A stretch of DNA of 64,000 nucleotides from Phoronis australis (lineage: Eukaryota; Animalia; Phoronida), in contig NMRA01000169.1 of NCBI GenBank assembly GCA_002633005.1, forward strand, positions 599,387-663,386. The letters run 5' to 3'. How positions within the stretch are numbered: the stretch's first letter is position 1; each line of letters opens with the position of its first letter. Below, one piece after another: positions 27,101 through 38,600 of the stretch. Under the pieces are notes generated by a model, which worked only from the letters and a program-made list of their open reading frames with translations, did no database searches and was not told the DNA's origin. A program made the translations under genes and the position numbers.

Positions 27101-28737
27101 GAGTCCTGCATGACTAGACAAGGCACGCAGTACTCGCATTGCTTTATTCTGATTGGTTCATTTTCTCCACGCCGCATGTGTTGACAGTTAGTCGCGAGGT
27201 AAGCATGTCTGTAGTCATAGTGTATCTAGTAAACTTTTGCACCTAGTGAATTTTGCACCTAGCGATCCCTGCATTTCTGTCCCCTTCGGCATTTTTGATG
27301 TTCTTGTATTTAGAAAGAAGCTCTTCCAAATGTTTGTTAGCGGTAAGGTTCTCTGGCTGCATGTGAAAACTTTGATTGTTGTATGTTTGACTCTTTGTCG
27401 TATTGTATGGTATCTTGTTGTATCATGCCCGTGTCAGCTCAGATTGACGAGTTCCTGGGGCAGCTTTTGAGAGGCAGTTTATGATTTACACTCTTGCTAA
27501 ATGTAGTGAAACTGGTGGAGAACGCTACGTAATAATTAGCAGGCTTAAGCCCCTCCCATGTACTGTTTTTACATCCCTTGAATTCTCAGAAATTTCGCTT
27601 TTAAATTCCCTTGTTCGGTCACACTCTGCTTTGACCACCCACCTTTTTACAGTTTAAAATCCTTATAGATTGGCTCAAGTAAAATGGCACTTGTTCATGG
27701 AAAAATAACTTAAAACAATTGTTTTGGGCATACCTCACAGCCTTCATTCATATCCTGCTACAACTAGTGTTCTCTGTCTCATGGTTTCATTCAATCAGTA
27801 GAGGGTGCAGTGGGTGGAGGATGAAGACCAAGATAAGCTGGGCATTCACACTATTTTTAACCTGATTTGCATATTATTATGGTTACACTATTTGCTTATT
27901 ATTTCTTATCAGGGTTAGACAGTTATCTAAATAAATATTTCTGTTACCACACTTCCCAATTCATTGCTGTTGTCATTTTACTGTTCATAACCAAAAGGCA
28001 TTGCTTTCTATTTTAATACTGCTATCGCGATTTTTATTGCAATTGTCATCTCTTTTCTTATAAATAATGTCATTAATTCTGTTGGTTTATTATAACTGGT
28101 GTTATTATCCTAAGTAATGCCTTGAAGTTTATATTATTTTTTAATAGCATCATCAGGTTATTTAAAAAGCAACAAGGCTTTGAAATTTTGGGAATTTTTT
28201 ACTTATTTTCAAATTATTAACCTATTTCAAGTTGTTCACCATTCATTTAAAATAATGTTACACAACACTTAGATTTCTGAAACCTTAAAGGAACTATTGT
28301 ACAATAAAATTTGCAAAAATCGGATTCGAGAGATTTTATTCGAGGAAAAAGAAATATGATCAAATGCCCGAACTAGAACAACCCATGTGCGACTTGTTAT
28401 TTATTTTTTTATTTGTGTTTTATTCATTATTGGTATTGATATTCACTGCTGATATTCGTGAACATTGAGGTTATTTGTTATTCATTCCAGACTGGTTGGT
28501 GTGGAAGAAGAGATGAGGAAAGAACAGATCGAGATGCAGTTGGTCGTACAGCAGAAGACCAAGCTCATAGAGTCCCAGGAGCGGAGGATACAGTCGCTCG
28601 ACGCAGCCAACGCTCGTCTGCTCTCCGCACTAAGTCAGATGAGGGATAGATACGCGCAGCAGTCGAGTTCAAAGTCGACGGCCAAAATGACACTGTCGGT
28701 AACAGAAAATGGAGAATTCAAGAATAGTCAGTGTTGA
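11909..28737 (+). CDS. RASAL2: Ras GTPase-activating protein, SynGAP/DAB2IP/RASAL2 (nGAP, raskol-like) family; 16 coding exons, 5' end probably outside the window
   Basis: Phase-consistent join: 11909-12124, 13421-13621, 14116-14201, 14629-14816, 15514-15676, 16709-16788, 17316-17494, 18154-18302, 19187-19262, 20380-20470, 20888-20998, 21817-22543, 23232-24301, 24886-24967, 25733-25862, 28491-28737 (3796 nt). Family motifs: [20 protein letters not shown] (PH), [24 protein letters not shown] (C2), FRGNS (arginine finger), [61 protein letters not shown]-terminal [11 protein letters not shown]. The symbol denotes the family; exact orthology among the vertebrate paralogues is not resolvable by eye. 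Confidence 0.95.
13138..13357. mobile_element. Non-autonomous DNA transposon (CAGGG-ended TIRs)
   Basis: Terminal inverted repeats cagggcttggaat / attccgagccctg; no clear TSD. Confidence 0.55.
13421..13621 (+). CDS. RASAL2: RasGAP exon (C2 domain start)
   Basis: ttttccgcag| and |gtgagt; [41 protein letters not shown]. Confidence 0.93.
14116..14201 (+). CDS. RASAL2: RasGAP exon (C2)
   Basis: tttacag| and |gtgatt; [29 protein letters not shown]. Confidence 0.9.
14543..14607. repeat. 19-bp tandem repeat, ~3.4 copies, next to a splice acceptor
   Basis: tgttgtcaacccatatccc. Confidence 0.85.
14629..14816 (+). CDS. RASAL2: RasGAP exon (C2 end)
   Basis: ttgcccag| and |gtacgg; [26 protein letters not shown]. 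Confidence 0.9.
15514..15676 (+). CDS. RASAL2: RasGAP exon (GAP domain start; missing from the ORF track)
   Basis: ccacag| and |gtcagt; [54 protein letters not shown]. Confidence 0.92.
15858..15873 (+). promoter_or_regulatory. CTCF-like motif
   Basis: CCACCAGGTGGCGCTG matches the bilaterian CTCF core consensus; motif match only. Confidence 0.35.
16709..16788 (+). CDS. RASAL2: RasGAP exon carrying the arginine finger
   Basis: gattgcag| and |gtgagt; [26 protein letters not shown]. Confidence 0.92.
17316..17494 (+). CDS. RASAL2: RasGAP exon ending at a GC donor
   Basis: cctctcag|; [30 protein letters not shown]; ends AG|GCAAGT. Confidence 0.88.
18154..18302 (+). CDS. RASAL2: RasGAP exon (FLR motif)
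   Basis: attgcag| and |gtatga; [37 protein letters not shown]. Confidence 0.93.
19187..19262 (+). CDS. RASAL2: RasGAP exon
   Basis: attgcag| and |gtaagt; [24 protein letters not shown]. Confidence 0.93.
20159..20265. mobile_element. Palindromic MITE-like element, copy 2
   Basis: gtaatagtct..tttgagaaccagttttctccactgaataa..aactggttcttaaaa..agactgttacc. Confidence 0.65.
20380..20470 (+). CDS. RASAL2: RasGAP exon
   Basis: cctcag| and |gtaagt; [30 protein letters not shown]. Confidence 0.93.
20888..20998 (+). CDS. RASAL2: RasGAP exon (missing from the ORF track)
   Basis: tgtctag| and |gtgaga; [37 protein letters not shown]. Confidence 0.92.
21817..22543 (+). CDS. RASAL2: RasGAP exon (linker)
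   Basis: attttag| and |gtgagt; GC-rich open frame with [19 protein letters not shown] and PLSFSNPLF. Confidence 0.88.
23232..24301 (+). CDS. RASAL2: RasGAP exon (Ser/Thr-rich disordered region)
   Basis: cattgtag| and |gtaagt; 1070-nt open frame, phase-compatible with both neighbours. Confidence 0.85.
24886..24967 (+). CDS. RASAL2: RasGAP exon (coiled coil)
   Basis: tttttttcag| and |gtaagg; [27 protein letters not shown]. Confidence 0.88.
25733..25862 (+). CDS. RASAL2: RasGAP exon (coiled coil)
   Basis: cttcacag| and |gtaggg; [24 protein letters not shown]. Confidence 0.9.
28491..28737 (+). CDS. RASAL2: RasGAP terminal coding exon
   Basis: cattccag|; [39 protein letters not shown]. Confidence 0.93.
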
Positions 28738-30308
28738 GCAGGCCAGTGTTGAGCTGTAGGCTATATGTTCATCAGGTGTTTGAAGTGAGACAATAATACG
28801 CACAGTGTCTCTTGTGAATTGGAAAGCAGTTCGCAAGCGGCCCGTGTGAGTTATATTGTTGTTAATCTGGAGATTTGTGGTGACAGGTCAGTAGAGAGCA
28901 AGCCAGTTGTGCTGTTCCTCCATCTGTATGCACCAGAGAGCCCAAGTGGTTTCGATCTGAGGACAACATTATCCATATACATATTTGGTATATGTTACCA
29001 AATCATTGAGATCATTGAGAAAGTTAAGTCTTCTTTAAACTTAACGAGTCTCTCCTTCAAAATAGGGCCAGTCTTAGGAAAGTACGGGCTAGCGAATGTT
29101 CATCAAAGAAAATGAATACAAGAATCTGGTTTCAGTCAAATAATGTTTGTGAAATCATAAGATAGGCAAGTTTTATTGTTGTACAACAAAAGTTAGGAGA
29201 ATACTTGTGGAGTGGAAGAGTTTTGCAAAGCCGTGATTACTGGTCGACCTATGACCCTAATGTGGCATCTTGGCTGCATCCCTACCAGTAGATGTCTCTG
29301 ACGAGCACACTTGGTGGTACTAGCGTTGAGTGCCAATAGTTGATTTTTTATTTATAAATATAAGAAGTTCTGTACTGGAAACTTTTAGCGTCAGCGTGGT
29401 TTTACACAGAAGTTTAGTTATTCTTTCATCTTCCAGGTGTCGGTAGCTGTTATCGGTCCCATGTGACGTGTGTCATGGCTTTGTGTAACTGTTCCAAGTT
29501 GATTATTATGCAACGTCCTTGCATTAAGAAGTCAGTGAAGCCTAAAATAATAGTTGTGGCAAAAAGGTTGAAACATGACATTAAAAATACTAATTCGTGC
29601 CAAGTTGTGAAATTTGAAACAGGAAATATTTTCGTTTGTTCCATATTCATTCTATCACTGCCATGTTCAGATGATGTAATTGTTTTATTATCAGTGAGAG
29701 ACACTCAATATTCACTAGATGGCGTTGGTGTAAAGGGTCAAGGTACTATGATTTCAGTGGTGTCAAAAATGTATGCAGAACAATGTTTCATAAGGTTCTA
29801 ACCTTAAAATAAATGGAAAGTCATTCTCAGCCACCATTACTAACTATCTGAAGTATAAATCTATCAACTACAGATGGCGCTCCTTTCACACTGGTGAAGA
29901 GTTTCGCCTTTGCCATCACAGTGTGTTTGAGATTTTAAAAGAGCAGTTCTGCCATACCACCTGAATGCACTGGCTGAGCATTTAACCCTAGCGCCACCTA
30001 GTGAACTTCAAGCTCATCATTGGTAGTTTTGCTCTTGGTATTTTGTGTACTTCTGCTTAATTTTGGTTCAGAATTACACACAACTGTAAACTGGTTCTAA
30101 TTCAATCCATTATCGTAGTTGAGGAGGTTCGTCTTCCACATTTTTAAATATAAGCTGCCCAGTGGGTCATTTCGAGTATAATTATTATGACAGTCATTGT
30201 GACTGAATGTGGTGCCATCTTTTAGTAGTTGGCTAAACCATCGTGTGAATATTTAATTATTATTTAGAGTAATGGTGCTTGTGTTGTAAGATGCAATATT
30301 TATATTAA

Positions 30309-30414
30309 GGCAATAGTCACAGGGGTCCCAGATTTTGAGAACCAGTTTGATGCCCATTATTCAGGGGAGAAAACTGGTTCTCAAAATGCGGGACGCCTGT
30401 AAGTGACTATTACC
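30309..30414. mobile_element. Palindromic MITE-like element, copy 3 (inverted; in the RasGAP 3' region)
   Basis: ggcaatagtcac..ttttgagaaccagttt..aaactggttctcaaaa..gtgactattacc. Confidence 0.7.
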
Positions 30415-30426
30415 TATATTAATATC

Positions 30427-30448
30427 AATAAAGTTTGTCATAAATAAA
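30427..30448 (+). promoter_or_regulatory. Candidate polyadenylation signals (two AATAAA) for the RasGAP transcript
   Basis: Two AATAAA hexamers ~1.7 kb after the stop codon; usage not demonstrated. Confidence 0.4.
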
Positions 30449-32473
30449 ACAATGATTTGTAACTTAGAATACTTTGCAATACACAAAACTTCAGGATGAC
30501 ATTCCGCAAGACTGGTTTCTTGGGAATTAGGTCAAACCACGCAAGTCTTCACGAGATATCACCATGCATTCACTAATGAAGCGCATCTTGCGTTACTGAA
30601 TATGTCCTGGTCTTGCCTGTTCTCAGTCTAGCCAAACCTCCACCTAGTGTCTACAGTGAGTGATAGAGGGATGCAATATGTTGTCAAAACGTTCTGATGC
30701 AAATAACCTTTCTAACAGGAGTTGCAAGTTCCAAAGCTTGATAAACAGAAAATTGCAAATATTAAGTTTTACTGCAAGATTTGAAGCTTACCAGTGACAA
30801 ACAGTTGCTGTTTTTTTTTGTTGTTAACTTCAAGCAGAAAAAATGCTTAATGATTGGAACATCGTGCAACATATTTCACCAACAAAACTCGTGTGTCAAA
30901 ATCATTTTAAGTGCTAAAAAAACACAATTTACCTCAGTTTCAGGAGTGACTACATTATCAGCATCTTTGAGCCTTTCTTTGGAGTATTGCAGGTCGCAAC
31001 CGTGAATTTAATATCCTGAAAATGAGAAAATAGAAGAAAGTTTTGTAGCTCCACGGACATGAGTGTGATGTATGAACGTACCCAGCACCAGTGTGTAATG
31101 TCCACAAACACACGTTTCTTGCACAAACATGCTGTGTCCTGTGGCAAAGTGTAGAGCCTCAGCATGACCACTAACACCTCATTGCCTCGCCATTACTTAT
31201 TGTACCATAATCCATGGGAAAAGGAGGATCGATGGCCGACTGCTTTTCACACTAAACCCAATGGAGAGATTGGACGCTTTAGTTCTGTGTATTATTTATC
31301 AACTGATAAATGCTCGTATTTTATGATTCTAAATTGACAGCTGATCGACCAATTCGGCTGGTTTCTGGTGTTTTTGATATGAAATTGGGTGATTTTAAGC
31401 ACTTTAACTCCGTACTGGCCAGAATTGATGAACTTTTTCTTTTAATTTTTATTCTGTCAAATCAGATAATTGTGATAATTATAGGACATGGCAAAATTTT
31501 CATTGTGGAAAGCAGAACAAGTGACCAGTGAAACAATGGTTTATTTTTGCCATATGCAGCACAAATTCTGGTCCTTACCTAAAAGTATAATTACCAATAC
31601 AATAATAATAATTACAATAACACTTGGAATGTAGAAGTAGCTAGTTTACTGTATTCATTGTTAAGTACATTTTTGACTGATGACACATTTTATCAGCAGG
31701 AAAAGACATTCACAGAAATATTTATCAAATGTGTAACTGAAATGACGCCTTCATAAGTGAGTATTGTTTAAACTAACTTTTAACACTGTAAACTTACGTT
31801 CCATCCAAGAAACAAACTTAAGATTTTGACTTCGAATGCATGCCTCTAGAAAATTGATCTCGGCTTGGGAAATGACATCAAGGTTTGCAAGGTGCTGGCA
31901 GTCACTTAATTCCTTGAAGCCATGCGCAAAGCACAAAATGACACTGTGTCGAACCAACTTTTAGAGGCTGGTTTTGAGTGACAATATACTGCCCTGAAAT
32001 CTCTAACAATTTGACAACGAAACAATTTGATATCAATTTCATGACAGTTAGTGGTCTAAAATCAAAAGTTGATTTTTTGTGATGGAAAACGGGTTCATTG
32101 CCACTTAAAATAGAACGGACATTTTGGATGGGTTGGAGGAAACAGCTTATCTTTAATGAAATAAGTCTACTTACTCAAAAGTAAAACAAAATACTTCCAT
32201 TAGTAAATATAATTTTGATACTTTAGAAAAACAATTAATGCAGTTCAGTTGAACCAAATAGAAACACAAACAATATCAATGATGTAATAAGATACACAGT
32301 GGCTGCACCAGATTGGCATAGCCAGTTTTGCTGGGTCAACATCTCATTGGTTTGTAAGCCAGAAGTGGTCATTGAAAACTAATCGGATGTCGTATTCAGT
32401 TGACCCAGCGGAGCCAGCGAATTCAATCAAGTGAACCGTTGTGAGTGACAGAATGGTTCCAGTCATGTGATGA

Positions 32474-32688
32474 CTAATACAACACACTGCCATTGGTGGA
32501 CAGTTGACGCTGAACAGTATAGTTGTCAAATACTAAGTTTTTATCAACAGACGACGTCTTCTTTGTGCGATTACTAGCAGCAACGATGATGATGATCAGA
32601 AGAACAAGGCTGAGAACTGCCATCCAAATGATGAGTAATAACATTACGTTGTTATTGACGATGGCATCGATGCCGTCTCCCGTTTGAG
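32474..32688 (-). CDS. Gene A TM and cytoplasmic-tail exon
   Basis: catttcag|; hydrophobic ~24-aa helix followed by a basic stop-transfer segment (RTKK); TAG. Confidence 0.88.
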
Positions 32689-35600
32689 CTGAAATGAGAA
32701 TTGAGATGGGCATGAGAAAGGTTAGCGTAAAGAGAGATAGAGAAATGGATTTTCATACTGAGGTATAATGCAAGCTTTGGAAGCAGCTGTAGCTCCACCT
32801 TCAGTCACAAAAACGAACCTTATTTAGATCGCTTAGAGTTATGAAATTTGTCTGAAATCTTTCCTTTAACCAAACTAGAGGTGATTTCTGGGTTTTGGCA
32901 CAGCCGGTGTCATTCTATGTGCAGACCATTTCGATAGGATAACAAACTGTCAGTTATTTGGAAACCTAGAAATCACTTCTCATCTTAAGGTGGAAACTGA
33001 GACCGATTTTATAACGGGAATGGATCTAAAGTTTAAGTTCAATTCTTGGATGGAATGCGGGGTTATGACCACTTATAACTTTACGTTCAATTTGGGGGAT
33101 TGTTGTAGTAGAGTTGATGAATGATCACAGGCATAATGTAATTAAAACTCGCATAACAAATGCCAGTAGTCCAGTTCTTCTAGTTTGTGCATTCAGCCCT
33201 TCAGACAAGTCGGCTTTCGCAATACTCAGACGAAATCTCTTGGTTTGGTTGAATCCGACATGTGCGAGTTTCACTAAACTAGGAACAAATTTACTGTTTC
33301 ATGTTATATCGATAACTAGATACACATTGATCCCATTTACTGCCAACAGAGGGCACATCACAGGACAGAATAATCAGTGTGTATTTCCGTTGAAGCTCAA
33401 AAATCTGCAACCTTCAAAAATTTTTTTTTGTGAAAGTCACGCGACTCTTTGCGTCCGGGTTTGCAATCGCAACTAGACTCAAGAATTCTTTGTACGTAAT
33501 GGTGCCCTATAGAAAAACTATCCAACTTGTCTGGGTTATCTATATTGTCAAGGGTGTTTGAACTGAGGAAGTCAAAACGGTGTAAACTTGAGCATGAAAA
33601 ACGATATCATTGTTTTTGACGACTGAGGGGAGAGCGAGCAACAGTTTTAGGCACTAAGTATAACAGTCAAAACGAATGCAATGAAGCACTTCAGCTGAAC
33701 ATATTAATAAAGAGATTTATTAGTTACAGACTATACATGAATTACGTGGATTTCGGGAATAACCAAAAGCAGGTATTTTAAAATGTCAATTTTTCAACTT
33801 GGGGGGGTGGTTGTTAAACTGAATGTGACATTAACCCATACTAAATCTGCATACATACCCTGGTTGCCTGTGCTAACAGTGTATTCAGCCACACAGGTGT
33901 AACTTCCAGGTGTGTTCACACATGTGCCAGATTTACAAGGATTCGTCTTTGCTGCACACTCGTCAAGGTCTATAGGTAACATGGAATGAAAAAGTTCAGT
34001 GCCATGCTAAGTCCAATCAAATCAGGTCATATTTCAGTGCCATGCTGAGTACCAATCAAATCAGGACATATTTCAGTGCTATGCTGAGACCAGTCAAATC
34101 AACGCATATTTCAGTGGTAGGCTTTCAGTTTTTCCAAACAACACTACTGTGCAAATTCTATATTAACAGGAACTGACTTCAGTAATGTGAAATACATGTC
34201 GGAACATCCCTGTAATGAAGTTTAAACAGACATATGTTTAGCTAATGAAAAAAGTCATCAAAGGTTTCATATCATCCCAATGTCTAAGTTTTCAAAAAAT
34301 AACAGAAAATCGTCAAAACTTCACAACAGAAAGTCACAAAATCATACATGTCAACCATTTTTTTGTTCTAACCATAGCAATTTTTGTAAAAAACCAAAGT
34401 ACTCTTAAAACTGAGTCAAAATGTGGTCAAGAGTCAAAATCCATTGCATTGTATCTACTATATCTACTAGAGGCTCTTATATCTGACTAGTAACTATGAG
34501 TGTTGTTATACCCCTGGGAAACTCCTTTGGCCCTGTCGAGTAAGGCTCGCGATATGAGATTATTTTGACAAAAAAAATTGCCAGTAAAAGCCAAAGCAAA
34601 GATTTGATAACTTTAGTTCGAACATCGGCAAAAATGCGTATTAATTACCGAAAATACCTAGCATTTTGGTGCTACGACGTAGCACTACAGAAACAGCAAA
34701 AATACGTGGCAAATCCATAATTCCCATATTGGTTGACATGTATGCTATACAAAATAGTTTTCTTCATTTCTCCACATTTTTTTATGAAACTCAGACTAGA
34801 TGAATTGGACAAGATTTTATAAATTTCTCTATGCAAAGCCAACTCAGCCAGGTTTTCAACAATGGTATGCAAGTCAAGTTAATAAGTACATCAATTAATT
34901 ATGCGATAATATTCACAAGTGAACCTTGAGGGGTTCCACGGCACCCACCACTCTCTGGCCACTCAAGTAAAGTTGGACTTGTTCTATTACTGTCGATCAA
35001 CGGCTTACAAGAATTGACTTGGAATCCTGCCAAAAAAGCAAGCACCTCCTGCTTGGAGGTTGAAAGGGTTGAACATTGAGTCATTCCTCGATTGATATCC
35101 AACGTAGATCAAGCACAGTGATTTTGTTGTGCATAATTCATGCAGACAAGGGAGTGATTCAACTTCAACACTAAGGTTTAGTCGCTACAGTTTCGAGCCT
35201 TTCAATATTTACCTTTGCAAGCGAGTTTGTTGCTTTGCAGAGTAAACCCTGGTTTACAGGTGCAGACGAATGAACCGGCGGTATTGTTGCAGTAGTGCTG
35301 GCAGTAACCATTGAATTCGCTACATTCGTTTATGTCTGTAGAAAGATGAAATACCAGATACTATGTAGAACCATAACCACCCAAGTTATAGCAATAATAA
35401 TAACAAATAATAATAATTATTATTATCATTATTATAATAAATTATGTACTAACAATATTACCACTACAGATCCTGCTACCAGTTATAATAATGATAGATA
35501 AATCAATAACAATATTATTTAATAATTGTAAAAATATCAATAATAACAATAAATATAATGATCTAAAGATAATGATAATGTTCATGATCATGCTAATAAT

Positions 35601-38600
35601 AATAATTAAAATAACCTCCCACATAAGATAAACACAATTTCCATGCACTTCTAATTGCAGTAATTCCCACAAACTGTGTCAAGATAAAGTTAACTCTCCC
35701 CGCCCACACCCAAGCATACCTTCGCACTCTTTCTTGTTTTCCTTCAACTTGTGCCCCTTGCGACACGTACACTCGTAGCTGAAGAAGTTATCCGCACATT
35801 CTTGTTGGCAGCCACCATTATTGATGAGACACTCGTTGGTCTCTGTCAGACGAAAACATGGCAATAAAACTCAGTAAAGTTTGTTGAACATTAAACGTAT
35901 AAGCACATATAATCACATGCATTTACATAGAATTAATAGAAAACTTGTGGGTTTCTTATCTATGCTGCTGCTACAATATGGAATTCTCTTAGTCCAGAGA
36001 CGGTCCAATTCACTTAATACTTTCAAAATTAATATTAAAAAGTGGCTGTAATTTACCTAACCTTTGTATACCCTACCTGTCTTAATCAGGTCAGTTTTTT
36101 CATTGTCGTACGTACTCTCACTGGTTACAGTCATCTATTTATTTCATCTCTCTTTGTTAAATTTTCACCATTCTTTGTCATTTATTTATTTCCTTAATTC
36201 TCAACCTGCTTTAATTGTGTGTTTGTTATGTATATTTAATTGTTGTTTTATCACTTCATTGTAATATTTATTTACTGTTTTTTGTTGTTGAGGGCCCTCT
36301 TAGAAAGCATTCCTATCTTTGAAGAGGCCACCCTCATTTTAAATATCACAATAAATAAAAGTAAATAAAATAAATAAAAATGGGGCAAAATCGTTCTCTT
36401 TTGGCATAAACTCACATGAGGTTTATAGCCGTGCATGTGGAAAACAAGCATGAGGTCATACAAACCTCAGGCAGACTCCCGCTGAGCAGTTGCACGACTT
36501 CACAGGAAGTGGGGCAAAAATTCACCTAAGTTCCTTCTCATCTTGCAAAAAGTCAGTTGTGGATAACTGCTTAGTATGTCAGTCTCAGTCTTTATTAAAA
36601 CAAGCTCCAAATGTTTGTATGCGGTCTGCTTTTGCTCATGCGCTTTGGTCGATAATGGTTCATATTTTTTTACTTCCTTAGAATAAAACAAGGTTTGAAA
36701 TTAAGTTTGTGTAATTTTGTTCTTAGGAGTAATGAAAATTTACCCTTACCTGACACATCCAACAGTTTTAGAAGATTTTTTAAAAAGGCACTATTTCTTG
36801 TTTTCACCAGTTAAGAACATCGAATTAATCCCATCCATTGAAAGATATCAATAGAATAAGATTTCATAAATTTGATACAGTCCTGTGTGTATCTGTACTC
36901 GTTTATTGTCATGCAATTTTGGCACATATTTTGTTGGTGAATCACCAGAAATTCAAAAAGTATACTTAAAAATTCAATCGAATTCTGTTGATTTTAAAAT
37001 GTGATGTCACGTAGTGACAGGATGATTTGAGAATACATTTTGAGATGATAGTTAGGTTACAGTAGTTGTAAAATTAAGATTAAGAACATGTTTGTTTTCA
37101 ATCTTGATGAGAAAACAAATTAGAGACCTATGCATTGACTGATTAGCTGTTCATCTTAAAATGGTAATATTTAACGATTTTTACACTTACCATGCAAACT
37201 GGAAGACAACCAAATTGAAAACTTACTATTTAAACTCCAAATAAATGCTCTCCTAACACTTGCACGTTTCTGTGGCAATACGTTAAACAATATGACTCAA
37301 CACTACATGATGTCACAATCAGAGTTCCTTTGCCTAATACAAGGTACCTGAGAGCAGTCTAGACGGCATCATGTAATTCACTTGGAATGCACGCGAAAAC
37401 TTCCCGCGATCTCGCCAATAGCTACACAGATACACCTCAGACAACATCGTTCTTGAGACAGTTTTTCTTTACACTCACCTTTGAAGTTCCCCGAATCTCC
37501 AGCAGGTCCCTGGGGCCCTACAGGACCCTTAAGCCCTGTGTCACCCTTGTCACCTTGCGCTCCTTGGTCTCCCTTGACACCAGTGGTCCCCTGGTCACCT
37601 TGAGGACCCTGGTCACCCTGCGGGCCCTGTGGACCTGGTGGACCTTGATTGCCAACATCCCCTTTAGGACCCTGCGACCCTTGAGACCCTTGTGCTCCCT
37701 GCTGACCAGGAGGACCTAGAAGAAAAACACACACGTGCACTTGGCTAAACGTCATATTTCATTATGGTATCGCTCTTCGATTTCACACAAACAATTGCCA
37801 AAATTGGAAATTCTTCGCTTCTCAAATAGAGCTCAGTTTTTATCACATTTATTTTAAACAGTAAGAAAGGCAAATTTTTCTCAATATTTATTTTTGTTGA
37901 GAAATTAACTGCTGTTATGTAGGACCTTGTTAGTTTTGGGGAACAGTGCATAAAGTACACATAATATCTCCAAGTTTCATGTAAATCCGATCAGCTATTT
38001 CTGAGAAAGATGTTCCAAAGTTAGCCAAAAGCTGGCCATTTCCTAGGGTCCTAAATAACTTTAACATTTTCATATTCTGCATGTCTCCAAAACAGCCTGA
38101 CATAACTTTCACGACAGACAAAAAACAACATCACTGCATGAGGAGAGGCCACAAGGGGTTTGTTAAAGTGACTTAAAAGCAAATTTCTGAAATTTGGTCT
38201 TGCACTCTCACTTCACAAGTATTGAAAACAACTTAGCCACGTAATTATGAATGCATCACAGTAATTTGTATAAATTTCTCAATAACCAGCAGTTATATGT
38301 AATATTCTTGGATACCAAGCACTTTTGCTCAAGTGACATTTAATTATTTTTTAAATGTTGTGTGAAGCATAAGACCAAATTTAAGTCTTAAATAGGCCTG
38401 GAACATGATAAACAGACTAGATTGCAATACTGAAAGTGGTTCTCTACCACTGAAACATAATTCAACCTGCTCATCAGGTATTTTTAGGGTTGGTTCATAA
38501 AGATTTTTAATTTCTGTAGATATCAAAGCATTCTCTTTTGGTTTCAAATTTCAAAAAATACGATCTGTCAACTGCTCCTCGAATTTTCTCCCACAAGGCA

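Noticed and set aside
32344-32529. Overlapping alternate-frame ORF or stop read-through at the gene A C-terminus
   Set aside because: No slippery site or read-through context recognised; the in-frame extension is only 16 codons.
37387-37719. Plus-strand 110-aa ORF; similar ORFs at 55765-56082, 39744-39998, 48295-48552 and 22277-22573
   Set aside because: Antisense shadows of real collagen, TM or RasGAP exons.
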